From assembly GCA_964016885.1 (NCBI GenBank), contig OZ024750.1:50096001-50160000 (forward strand): DNA of 64,000 bases. Direction: 5' to 3'. The notes beneath the pieces were generated by a model. It saw nothing but the letters and a program-made list of their open reading frames with translations, was not told the origin of the DNA and made no database searches. Source of the DNA: Eledone cirrhosa. Taxonomy: Eukaryota. The translations under genes were made by a program, and so were the position numbers. Below, one piece after another: positions 25,290 to 37,029 of the stretch. Numbering within the stretch: position 1 is the first letter of the stretch; each line of letters opens with the position of its first letter.

Positions 25290-25535
25290 TAGTGATTCCC
25301 GATCTAGTATCCAGGGAACCCTAGCTGGGCTTCGTCCAAGATTCGAACCTATTTGTTTAAAACATAATATATATACGCTCTTTGGTACCCATTCTTATCT
25401 ACGTGGAACCATGATGCTCTTTTCATTGTTATTTTCACTGTATAATAGTTTTTGGGGAATGATTGTATCAGAGTGTCAGTGAGGAAGTTAATTTAAATAA
25501 AAGGGGTCGCTGTGGGTGAAAATTACGAAATCACT
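25290..25535. mobile_element. Possible old hAT-type MITE
   Basis: Short imperfect TIRs tagtgattccc / cgaaatcacta. Confidence 0.3.
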
Positions 25536-25998
25536 ACTCGAATAAGCTTTAGTTTATGATTTCGATCTCAGCGATTATTTATCGATCATACTGATTATAT
25601 AAATTTCTATATATCCAACCAGTAACCTTAGGGACATACGTATCACAGTATAAACACTGTTCTTCAGCCTCGTGGAAAAATAAACACATGCGCATGCAAA
25701 CACATAAATAGTTGTGAGCGTCTGTCCACACACATTTATGTGTAAACAAAGAGATACTATGATACAGATTTCTAAACGTGTTTATTACTGTTGCATTACT
25801 ATCAAAGAACAGTTATCTATTTGTTTATTTTCTTCCTGACATATATAGAACCGAACAGATTAAAATTAAGTAACATATGTTTCATATATAATTTCAAAAT
25901 TGAAATAGTGATGTATATTAGTAGTGTTTATTAGTAAAGCAATGTTCATATATTATGCTATTTCTACAATAAATCATATCTGACTATTTTATTTGATA

Positions 25999-26865
25999 CT
26001 AGCAGAATGGCCCGGCGTTGCTCGGGATTCTAAACATAGATGGGCATGTTTATACCTCCTTTCTGAATCAGTACAGAGCAGCACGGAATACCTCGGCCTG
26101 GAGATGGTGTCTATATTTTGTGCTTATAAAAAAGATCCGTCGTAGATTACGAGGGGTTTAATTTTCTTTGGTGCCTGAGAGTAAAATGTTCAACCCACGA
26201 AAGCCAAGACGATAGGGTTCAGTGAATAGGCATTCGACAAACCGAACATGTATTTGTTGTGCTATGGTACAATGAAAACAATAGTTACAGGGCAGTAAGC
26301 ATCTGGGACTGCAGTGGTGGAGAGCATGAAGTAATTTAGTTTGATACTTTTAAAGTTACAGGCCCTAACGCAACCAAAATGTTAAGCAATGCGGTCCCCG
26401 GGCAAAAATTTGAAATCTTTTTCAGTCAAGAAAATGTGTGAAAGATAAGTAATGCATATGCAAAGTTTTTTAAAAATTGGTTAGGTGTTTCTCGAGTTAC
26501 AGACCCTAACGCAACCAAAATGCTTTAAAAAATCGGTTTTGCGGCTAATGCGGTCCCTGGGTCAAAAAATGAGAAAATCTGTTTCGCTTAAAACACGTTA
26601 AACGACATAAGTAATGCACATTTTGAAGAAATCGCCTCGATTATTGTTCCGTTATCGCTCAAAAAAGCCTTTAAAGCCTAAAATATGCGGTTTTGGGGCT
26701 AATGCGGTTCCCAGGGGGATTGGAAATTTAGAATATGTTTTGCTCAAAACACTCACACGACCATATGTATTACATGTGTAAAGTTTGAAAAAAATCGGTT
26801 GCGTGATTCTCGAGGTTAAGTGAGACAGACAGATAGACAAACATTCTCTGTTTTTTATATATAGA
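25999..26865 (-). mobile_element. Complete non-autonomous Helitron
   Basis: 5' A|TCTATATATAAAA at 26865, 3' hairpin cccgagcaacgccggg, CTAG|T at 25999, no TSD, internal ~140-bp duplication. Confidence 0.85.
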
Positions 26866-27895
26866 TGGCGCTGATGTATTAATAAATAAATAGGAACCAT
26901 TGTATTTGTAATAAATCTATAGAATATTGTCATACACCTAACTAAAGAATAATAGGAATCCGTAAGTTTCAATTGGAGTAAATAATAATTAACAACGCTC
27001 CAGCGAAAGATGTTTACGTATGTTTTACTTACACTCTCACTAATGTTGTTACAGTTTAAAGTATTACATTTTTCGCTAAGTGTAGATTATGCATATTATC
27101 AGATGATGTTTTCTAAATCGGATTTCGCATTCAAAATTATAATACATCAATCATAAGTAATACTCTTCTTAGATGTTATCTTATTTAAAATTAAAATAGA
27201 ATATAATAAAATAGGATTTTGAAGAGCTGTTGTATTGACACCAGTGGAAGATTATAAAAATCACTCGTCACGGATTAAATATCACGAATTCCTTCAAAAT
27301 CTTTAAACAACGTAAAATATTTAATCTTTGAAGTTTTTCTGAGATAAATAAAACAGGAAAAACACAGTAAATATATGGACTTACTAACGTAATATGAAAC
27401 AACGTTAATCTTACAAAAAGCAACTTTCTGACATATGAGAAACTTTAAACATTGAACTGACAAAGCTCATTATTCCGAAACAATATTGCAATCATGTCAA
27501 TAACCTGCAGCTTCATCGACAGATCCACTATGTTAGGAATATATTGATCTTTTGCTGTAGCAATATTACAAAGGAGGGTGCGGGGAGACAAATTCACGAC
27601 CTCAAACACACACAGAAAATACATATAGTCGTATGTAGATAAAAATATATATGGCCTGGTGCATACATGTATATACACACAAACGTATATATATGTCCTT
27701 ATACATACATACGTATGTATACAATTGGAGTATTTGCACGAGTGAAAAAAGAAATAAGTGGGAAGGATGAATAAATACATCTATGTTCTTCATCAGCCAT
27801 TCTCTTTACCGTAATTTGGTGCATATGGCTGGCGTTACATAATGTCAAGCTCAGTGTGCAGGACGGTTTAGAGCTAGGCACGTAGAAAATGCATG

Positions 27896-29852
27896 AGGGA
27901 GACACAACAACACAGAGACACTGTACAACACAGAGGCACAGTACAACACAGAGACACGGTACAACACAGAGACACAGTGCAACACGGAGACACACAACTA
28001 CACAGATACACAGTACAGCACAGGGACACAGTACAACACAGAGACAAACAATTACACAAAGACACAGTACAACACAGAGACACAGTACAACACAGGGACA
28101 CAGTACAACACAGGGACACAGTACAACACAGAGACACAGAAGTACACATAGACACCGTACAACATACACATAGACACAGTACAACACAGAGACACAGTAC
28201 AACACAGGGACACAGTACAACACAGGGACACAGTACAACACATAGACACAGTACAACACAGGGACACAGTACAACACATAGACACAGTACAACACAGGGA
28301 CACAGTACAACACAGAGACACAGTACAACACAGAGACACAGTACAACACAGAGACACAGTACAACATACACATAGGCACAGTACAACACATAGACACAGT
28401 ACAACACAGGGACACAGTACAACACAGAGACACACAACAACACAGAGACACAGTACAACACAGAGACACAGTACAACATACACATAGGCACAGTACAACA
28501 CATAGACACAGTACAACACAGGGACACAGTACAACACAGAGACACACAACAACACAGAGACACAGAAGTACACATAGACACAGTACAACATACACATAGG
28601 CACAGTACAACACATAGACACAGTACAACACAGGGACACAGTACAACACAGAGACACAGTACAACACAGAGACACAGTACAACACTGAGACACAGTACAA
28701 CACAGATACACTGCAGAAGAGAGACGCAGTACAACACAGAGACACAGTTCAACACATAGACACAGTACAACACAGATACACAGTACAACACAGAGACACA
28801 GTACAACACAGGGACACAGTACAACACAGAGACACAGTACAACACAGAGACACAGTACAACACAGGGACACAGTACAACACAGAGACACTGCAGAAGAGA
28901 GACACAGTACAACACAGAGACACAGTACAACACAGATATACAAACAACACAAATACACAGTACAACACAGAGACACAGTAAAAAAGAGAGACACAGTACA
29001 ACAGAGAGACACAGTACTACACAGAGACACAGTACAACACAGAGACACAGTACAACACAGAGACACAGTACAACACAGGGACACAGTACAACACTGAGAC
29101 ACTGCAGAAGAGAGACACAGTACAACACAGAGACACAGTACAACACAGAGACACAGTACAACACAGAGACACAGTACAACACAGGGACACAGTACAACAC
29201 AGAGACACTGCAGAAGAGAGACACAGTACAACACAGAGACACTGTTCAACACAGAGACACAGTACAACACAGGGACACAGTACAACACTGAGACACAGTA
29301 CAACACTGAGACACAGTACAAGACAGAGACACTGCAGAAGAGAGACACGGTACAACACAGAGACACAGTACAACACAGAGACACGGTACAACACATAGAC
29401 AATTACACAGAGACACGGTGCAACACATAGACACAGTACAACACAGTGACACACAACTACACAGAGACACACAACTACATAGAGACACAGTACAACACTG
29501 AGACACAGTACAACACAGAGACACACATCTACACTGATACACCGTAAAACACAGAGACACAGTACTACCCAGAGACACAGTACTACACAGAGACACAGTA
29601 CAACACAGAGACATAATACTACACAGAGATACAGTACAACACAGAGATACAGTACTACACAGAGACACATAACAACACAGAGACACGGTACAACACAGAG
29701 ACACAGTACAACACAGATACACACATCTACACAGAGACACAGTACTACACAGAGACACGGTACAAAACAGAGACACAGTACAACACAGAGACATAGTACA
29801 GAACAGAGACACAATACAACACAGACAGAGTACAACTCAGAGACACAGTACA
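27896..29852. repeat. 18-bp minisatellite (cacagagacacagtacaa)n, about 108 units
   Basis: Direct tandem repeat. It produces the spurious Cys/Val-rich ORFs. Confidence 0.95.
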
Positions 29853-30639
29853 GCGCGTAAATAAATAAAAGATCACGTCTTACGGCGGGAAACAAGACAG
29901 GTTACATGGCAGATATTTTGTATAAATGATAACGACGGAAGGAGGGAAATATAAACAGGTTCTCGTCAATAAAGGACGAGAATGTGTGTATAAGAGAGAG
30001 AATCGTCATGCTGGTAATTGAACAGTTCAACATATGAGGGTCGCTAACTGTTTTACTTACAACAGTAGTAATAAACTGCAACGATAAATACACAATAAAC
30101 GAAATACTTGGCACAATCTTGTTTTGTACGTAAGGCTGATGTTTGATAACATTAAGTCCATGTTGTACGACGGCTTAGAACTATACGTAGCGATATGCTT
30201 TTATACGATGTTTGTTACGTAAAAGAGAAACTCTACTGAATATATAATGTAGATAATTATTCTTTTTACAGAGAGAGAGAGAGAGGCAAATATACGCAAA
30301 CACACACATATATGATAGGAAGGTCATCCAACTATAGGAAATTTGCCAAACAAATGGTCGGGACAACATTCCAGCTAACCTCACTAGATGAACTTATCCA
30401 GAACAGTATTTAGGATGGATCATAGTAAGTCATGGGATCCAACGTAAGCAGGTTTCTGGGTGCAGACCTCACTGAACAATTTCGGTGCGGTGCAGAAACA
30501 CATACACGTCACAGGCTCCCTGTCCGCCGTGGGATCAGTACCTCCGCTTTGAGTACCCAGTCTGTTCACATCTCGTCCAACCGTCACTATAACGGAAGAC
30601 TGAGGTTAACCAGGAATGATGACATCCCAGTTAGCTCGA

Positions 30640-30684
<45 letters not shown>

Positions 30685-30692
<8 letters not shown>

Positions 30693-31398
30693 GAAACACA
30701 CAGATACATGCGGACACACACATATATACATGAATGCATCCGCACCCAACTGTGAGTTAAGGGTGCCAACTTCACCGATGTTGCTCAATGAATGACTGGG
30801 ACAGACCAATTCAGTTTGAACCAGACTGAACCAGTATCAGAGTTAAAAATACATTATGAAGAGAGAAGAAACATTTAGATATAATTAGTAATAAAATGTA
30901 TCATACCTAAACTGTTCCTAAATTCCTCGACTACGTAGTTTCGTGGCATAAACAAAAACAATATATCAAAGATATAGAGTCCTTGCGAGGTCTGCCGACT
31001 TATCAAGAGGATACCTCATTTTACTAGTCTCAAGAACGCGTCTACACGACGTGAGAAAGAATCCCAAAAGGCGGAGGGGGAGACAGTCACGCGATATAAC
31101 GGTCGAGAAACAGAGCTAAGCCTCTTATAACCACGAAGAAAATACCACGGAGGCGGAGGGGGTATTCATATCGAGGCCGTAGAAGAGGTAGTGAAGAAGG
31201 CGAGAAGTATGAGTAATGGAAGCTTTCCAGTTGTCCCCACACTTCAAAGATTGCTCGACCAGAGGGAGTTATTAATATATTTAGAAACACACAGATACAT
31301 GCGGACACACACATATATACATGAATGCATCCGCACCCAACTGTGAGTTAAGGGTGCCAACTTCACCGATGTTGCTCAATGTTTCTTCTCTCTTCATA

Positions 31399-31404
<6 letters not shown>
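30685..31404 (-). mobile_element. Pseudo-LTR-like repeat family E with degenerate HHR (30924-31011)
   Basis: ~105-bp direct repeat (30685-30790 and 31277-31381) plus a short inverted tail. Minus strand reads tcctc-TTGATAA-gtcggca...tgccac-GAAAC-tacgta-GTC-gagga. Confidence 0.6.
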
Positions 31405-31462
<58 letters not shown>

Positions 31463-31602
31463 GATATTAAATAAATGGAAACTATATTTATAAAACCATA
31501 TTTATTTCATTATATATATTTCAGGGATATCATATTAACAATATGTTGTGCCTTCTTGTTGAGTGCTTTTATATCAGTAACCAACAATTTAAATATAACT
31601 TT

Positions 31603-31606
<4 letters not shown>
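31463..31606. mobile_element. Fragment of HHR family F
   Basis: Matches 62102-62197 joined to 62515-62583. Breaks within the HHR core. Confidence 0.65.
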
Positions 31607-31655
<49 letters not shown>

Positions 31656-31722
31656 TATGTTTGTTGAGTGAGTTGGAATTTGGCCGGAGTATCGCTATTA
31701 GCTTTCTCCGTTTATGTATTTA

Positions 31723-31772
<50 letters not shown>

Positions 31773-32894
31773 ATGGGAGCTGTCCCTCTTCTCTGCCATA
31801 GCCATTATAATAAATAATTTCTTGTGTATTTTAGACTTTTATATTATTAAATAATTTAAATTAGCATAAAATAATTTTTTCCAATAACGCAATGAAGCTA
31901 TATTCACAAAATAGCATATGTACACACATTTATCAGAGAAAGATTTAATTTAAATATCAGGGATAATAATGTTTTGAAAATTTCATTAGAATATAATTGT
32001 ATTAAATTAATTGGTGCATAAATAATTAAATTTATTCATTTGTACATGGAAATTTGGAAATTTGAAAATGTTTATTTTCTAATGCAACTATATTGTTTTG
32101 ACTGATATATTACAAATATTGGTGACGTTTAGTTAAAACATGCACGAAAGTGTAGCACTGCAGCGGGGGAGCCTCTACATAATTTCTAGAAATAACAGCC
32201 AAATTTCTTCTAATATCATTGAAAAAATGAACACAGCAAACTGGGTCCGAAATATCACTAAAGGTCACTGGACTGCCTTGGATAATATGTCTGTCTGCGC
32301 GAACAGATTTCATTTGAATTTTAATAAGGGCACCTACAACAGCAACGACCCCTTTTATGATGCTATCAGCATTAACCATTGCTTTTGGAATCATCATTAA
32401 AAATAAAAGTCTGCAAAGATGAGTAGATGTTTACAACGGGTTAAGAACTTTACAAACGTCAAGAAAATAGTATCGCAAATGTTATTGTATGTGTCAAAAA
32501 TATCATAAAAATTTCACGAGTTTCAATTACATTTGAAGGTAATTTCAACCTTATAGTTGGCGATATAGCTGTGCTATCACAACGTTGCACAGAATGGTAT
32601 GCAGTATTTGTTCTGGCTCTTTCCGCTACGATCTTACCATCGTCAACTTTTCTCCCCCATCCTTTTTACGTAGATTATATCCCCAGTCATGCACTGGGTT
32701 GGATATTTTCTGTGAGTGTCTTTTTCTCTAAACATCATCGAAAGTTTCGCCATGTTTAAATGGCCCAAGTTTACGTAATGTCAGGACGGCTATTCTAAAA
32801 GACAATTGGGCTTCCAGGACCTATTGATCAATATATGGGAACCGATCATTGGTCTGGTCACTTTATAGATTCATTTTTTATTTTTTCCAAGGAT

Positions 32895-33310
32895 AGTGGA
32901 TTTGCAGTATCGGTAGAGCGTCGAAAAAATGCTTTGCGGCATATATTTACGGAGCTTTACGATTTGAGTTCAAATCCTGCCAAGGCTTGCTTTGTATTTC
33001 ATTCTTATAGCACCAGAAACGAACTGCAATTGATTTAATTGATGTTCCCCTTCCCTTCAAATTGTTGACCTTTTGCCCAAAGTAGAAAAAAATATTTTCA
33101 TGACAAAGTCTTACAGAGAAACAAAAGCCAATTTAGCATTATGGTCAATGTCTTCTGCATACGCTTTCCAGCGTAGTTACGTCCATTTACGATCTGAGTT
33201 CAAATCTCGCTGAGGATAACTTTGCCTTTCATCCTTACAGGGTCGATAAAATAAAGTACCAGTAATGTAATGGGTAATTGCTGGCCTTGTGCCAAATGTA
33301 GAAACAATTA
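32895..33310 (+). mobile_element. Two Meta-domain-like SINE copies
   Basis: B box gagttcaaatc and Meta-like core. Confidence 0.75.
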
Positions 33311-33502
33311 TTAGTATGATTATAACGAGAATAATCTAAATTGTTCGGCTGATTGCGAATTATGAAATATAAGACAATGTTGACTTTAGCAATGACTGGG
33401 CTTCAATAATATATAGATATTTCCATAAACAGTATCTCCTGTAATGAATATGATGAATTCGATGTGTTTAAATACACCGCATTTCCTATAACGATGATTT
33501 AT

Positions 33503-34500
33503 GATTTAGGCACTAGGATATCAATTTGGGTGATGGAAATGTCGATTAAATCGACCCAGGTGCATTACGGGTACTTTATTTTATCGACCATGTAACGATG
33601 AAAGGCACCGCTAACCTCGGTGGGATTTGAACTCATTAATGCCAATAATAATTGTTTCTACTTTAGGCACAAGGCCAGCAATTACCCAGTGCATTACTGG
33701 TACTTTATTTTATCGACCCCGTAAGGATGAAAGGCAAAGTCAACCACGGCGGGATTTGAACTCAGGTCGTAAAGGGACGTAACTATGCTGGAAAGCATGG
33801 CGTCCGACCCTCTACCGATACTGCCAATCCACCGCCTTCTTGTCATTGGAATGCCAATAATAATAATGGGGAATTCGGTGTGTTCCAATATACTGTATAT
33901 GATATAACAATTGTTTCTACTTTGGGCACAAGGCCAGCAATTACCCCAGAGCGTTACTGGTACTTTATTTTATCGACCTCGTAAGGATGAAGGGTAACGT
34001 TAACCTCGGCGGGATTTGAACTGAAAACTTAAAGAGTCTTAACTCTATGCTGCAAAGCATGATGTTAGACGTTCTACCGATACTGCCCTAATAATTGTTA
34101 TTACTGTTGGCACAAGGCCAGAAATTATCCCACTACGTTACTGGTACTTTATTTTATCGACCTTACGGGGACGATGAGAGGGAAAGTTATACTCGGTGGG
34201 ATTTGAACTCAGGTCGTAAAGGGATGTAACTATACTGCAAAGCTTGGCGTCCGATCCTCTACCAATACTTCCAATCCACTGCCTTAATTCTGCCAATCCA
34301 CCTGCAAATAATAATAATTGTTTCTACTTTTTGGCACAAGGCCAGCAATTACCCAGTACATTACTGGTACTTTATTTCATCGACACCGTAAGGATGAAAG
34401 GCAAAGTTCACCTCGGCGGGATTTGAACTCAGAGGGTAAAGGGACGTAACTATGCTGGAAAGCATGGCGTCCGACTCTCTACCGATACTGCCAATAATAA
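33503..34500 (-). mobile_element. Tandem array of about five Meta-domain-like SINEs
   Basis: Repeated ctggtactttattttatcgacc...ggatttgaactc units separated by short AT-rich linkers. Confidence 0.85.
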
Positions 34501-34619
34501 TAATGATTAATTCGGACTGTTTCAAGGAAGAGCAAAGAGTGTTTAGATCAACTGATTCCCAAACCGAATCAGCGTGACAAAATACGTGATACGGCTGGAT
34601 CTGTAAATTGTAGGAACAC

Positions 34620-34785
34620 TCGATAATATAGGCTTCTACAGAGTTTCCATCTGTCCAGTTTTAATCAATGGTTTTCGATCAATCTGAGATTATGATTAAA
34701 ACACTTGTGCAAGGAACGATATAGTGGGAAAAAACACTAGATAAAATTATTGCGAAACGAATGTTTTAACTACTCGACCATGCCT
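34620..34785 (-). mobile_element. Old tRNA-derived SINE remnant
   Basis: Minus strand ggcatggtcgagtagttaa...ccttgcacaagtgttt...gatggaaact. Confidence 0.4.
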
Positions 34786-35487
34786 AAGTCATTCTATTCA
34801 ATAAAACAATTATTTCTATTCTATCACTAATATTGCTTCAGAATCTACTGGTGTGCAGATAAATGCATTCCAAATATATTCCAATGACAAGAAGGATTCA
34901 TAAACAGGTATTCATGCAATAGACAGATTGACCACTGAATGTGGCACTTTATAGCATGCTTCTTTGTTTCATTGAGGCATGTTTATATAGAATAATAAAT
35001 ATTTGTAACTCCCCTATTTGACTCATCGACTATATAGTAGTACATCTCCATCTCATTTCTCACAAATGTCTGAATGGTTACATATAATAACATTAACGCT
35101 ATTTCACATATGTCAAATTAAAGTAGATTGTAAATATATCTTTTGAACTCATGACGTTTTGCTTTTATGATATAAACACTAACTAAAACTCATAAAAGTT
35201 TCCATAACACTAGACTTGCTATCTGAAATTACTATTATTATTAATGAGTATAAAGAGACTACTCTAGCTTTCATATGCGAGACATAATGCAGACGGTGAA
35301 CCTGCTGTTCTCTATAATTAAAACTTAGTTGATAATAAACCTAAATATATTTCAGAATATTATAAACTATATAGAGAATCACTGTTGAATATTGTTAATT
35401 ATCGAATATGATATTTAATACGTTAATAGTCACAAATTATTTGGAAAAACTGAGACAGTATTGTCTGCAGGGAATAGAGTTAAATAC

Positions 35488-35688
35488 TTAAAAGTGTTCT
35501 GCAATTACGTCAAACAGTTGATGTAAACGGTATTCCATGCGACGACGAGTGTCTATGTTGTTTGACTTACGACAGGTGAATGTATAGAACTGATTCAATG
35601 GCCTCGGGTGAAATTCTTCATCACGATTCAATAAAGCTTTAACATGATGACGTAAAATGCCAGCACTAAACTCCATTGGGTATTTAGT
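35488..35688 (-). CDS. Candidate last coding exon of an unidentified host gene
   Basis: Non-repetitive 67-codon phase-0 frame after an AG: TKYPMEFSAGILRHHVKALLNRDEEFHPRPLNQFYTFTCRKSNNIDTRRRMEYRLHQLFDVIAEHF*. Protein-like composition, but no family recognised and the polypyrimidine tract is weak. Confidence 0.4.
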   Translation of the reverse strand, partial: TKYPMEFSAGILRHHVKALLNRDEEFHPRPLNQFYTFTCRKSNNIDTRRRMEYRLHQLFDVIAEHF

Positions 35689-35999
35689 CTTAAGATTTTA
35701 GATTTCTAGTAAGATCTCATAAGGCTATTACCATGAATCACATGACAAGAAATGGTTCATGAAATGGATTTGAGAATATATTCACACACATCAAAGACAA
35801 AATACACAACATCCCACACAGCTTCCCCGCCTCAAGTAAATTTGATTAATGCCTGGGAGATAACACTTAATAGCTGTAGAATTCTATACGTAACACCTAA
35901 CGTATTTTTTTCACCTATCTGTATTACTTACAACATGCCTTCCATTCCCTTTTAATCCCTTACTCTCTCCATTGACACAGGATTAATATAAGTATCCTT

Positions 36000-36826
36000 C
36001 GAGGTTGTCCAACTTACATGAAATAACTTTGTCATTCATCCTTACAGTGTCCATAGAATAAAGTACCAGTAATGCACTGGAGTCGGTTTAATCAACATTC
36101 CCTCCCCTCAAATCGTTCACCTTGTGCCTAAATTAGAAACCATTATTATTTAGGGCGGTGAATTGGCAGTATCAGTAGAGGGTTGGACGCCATGCTTTCT
36201 AGCATAGTTACGTCCCTTTACAGTCTGAGTTCAAATCCCGCCGAGGTTGACTTTGCCCTTCATCCTTACCGGGTGGATAAAATAAAGTACCAGTAATGCA
36301 CTGGGTAATTTGCTGGCCTTGTGCCTAAAGTAGAAACAATTATTATTATTATTTTGTAGTATCGATAGAGTGTCGGAAAAAGTGCTTCGCAGCATAGAGT
36401 TATGGACCTTTACGTTCGGTGTTCAAATCCCGCTGAGATTAACTTTGCCTTCCAGCCGTACGGTATCAATGAAATTAAAAACACCAGTAATACACTGGGA
36501 TCATTGCTGGTCTTCTGCCAAAAGTAGTTGTCTTTCACCCTTACGGGGGGTCGATAAAATAAAGTACCAGTAATGCACTGGGGTATTTGCTGGCCTTGTG
36601 CCGAAAGAAGAAACAATTATTATTAACATTATAAGGGCGGTGGATTAGCAGTATCGGTAGAGGGTCGGACGCCATGCATTGCGGCATAGAGTTACGTCCC
36701 TTTACGGCCTAATGTAAAATCCCGCCGAGGTTAACTTTGCCTTTCATCCTTACGAGGTCGATAATATAAAGTACCAGTAATGCACTGGGGTAATTGCTGG
36801 CCTTGTGCCAAAAGTAGAAACAATTA
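36000..36826 (+). mobile_element. Tandem array of about five Meta-domain-like SINEs
   Basis: Same family as 33503-34500, in the opposite orientation. Confidence 0.85.
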
Positions 36827-37029
36827 ATACTTTTATTGTGCTGTATCTCTCAAGACATGTGTGACTACGACGGAGTAAATCAGTTGAATTTTATTTGTTT
36901 ATTGAAACTTTTATATAGAATATTTGACATTGTTGTCTAGCTAAAGAACCTCTCTTTCAAAGGAGTAGGTGGGGTTGTAGCTGTATCTCGCGCCCTTAAG
37001 GGCTGAATTTGTGTTTATTTACAATCACA

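Noticed and set aside
27699-29895. Long Cys/Val-rich ORFs (up to 396 aa)
   Set aside because: They are translations of the 18-bp minisatellite in several frames, with no independent evidence of coding.
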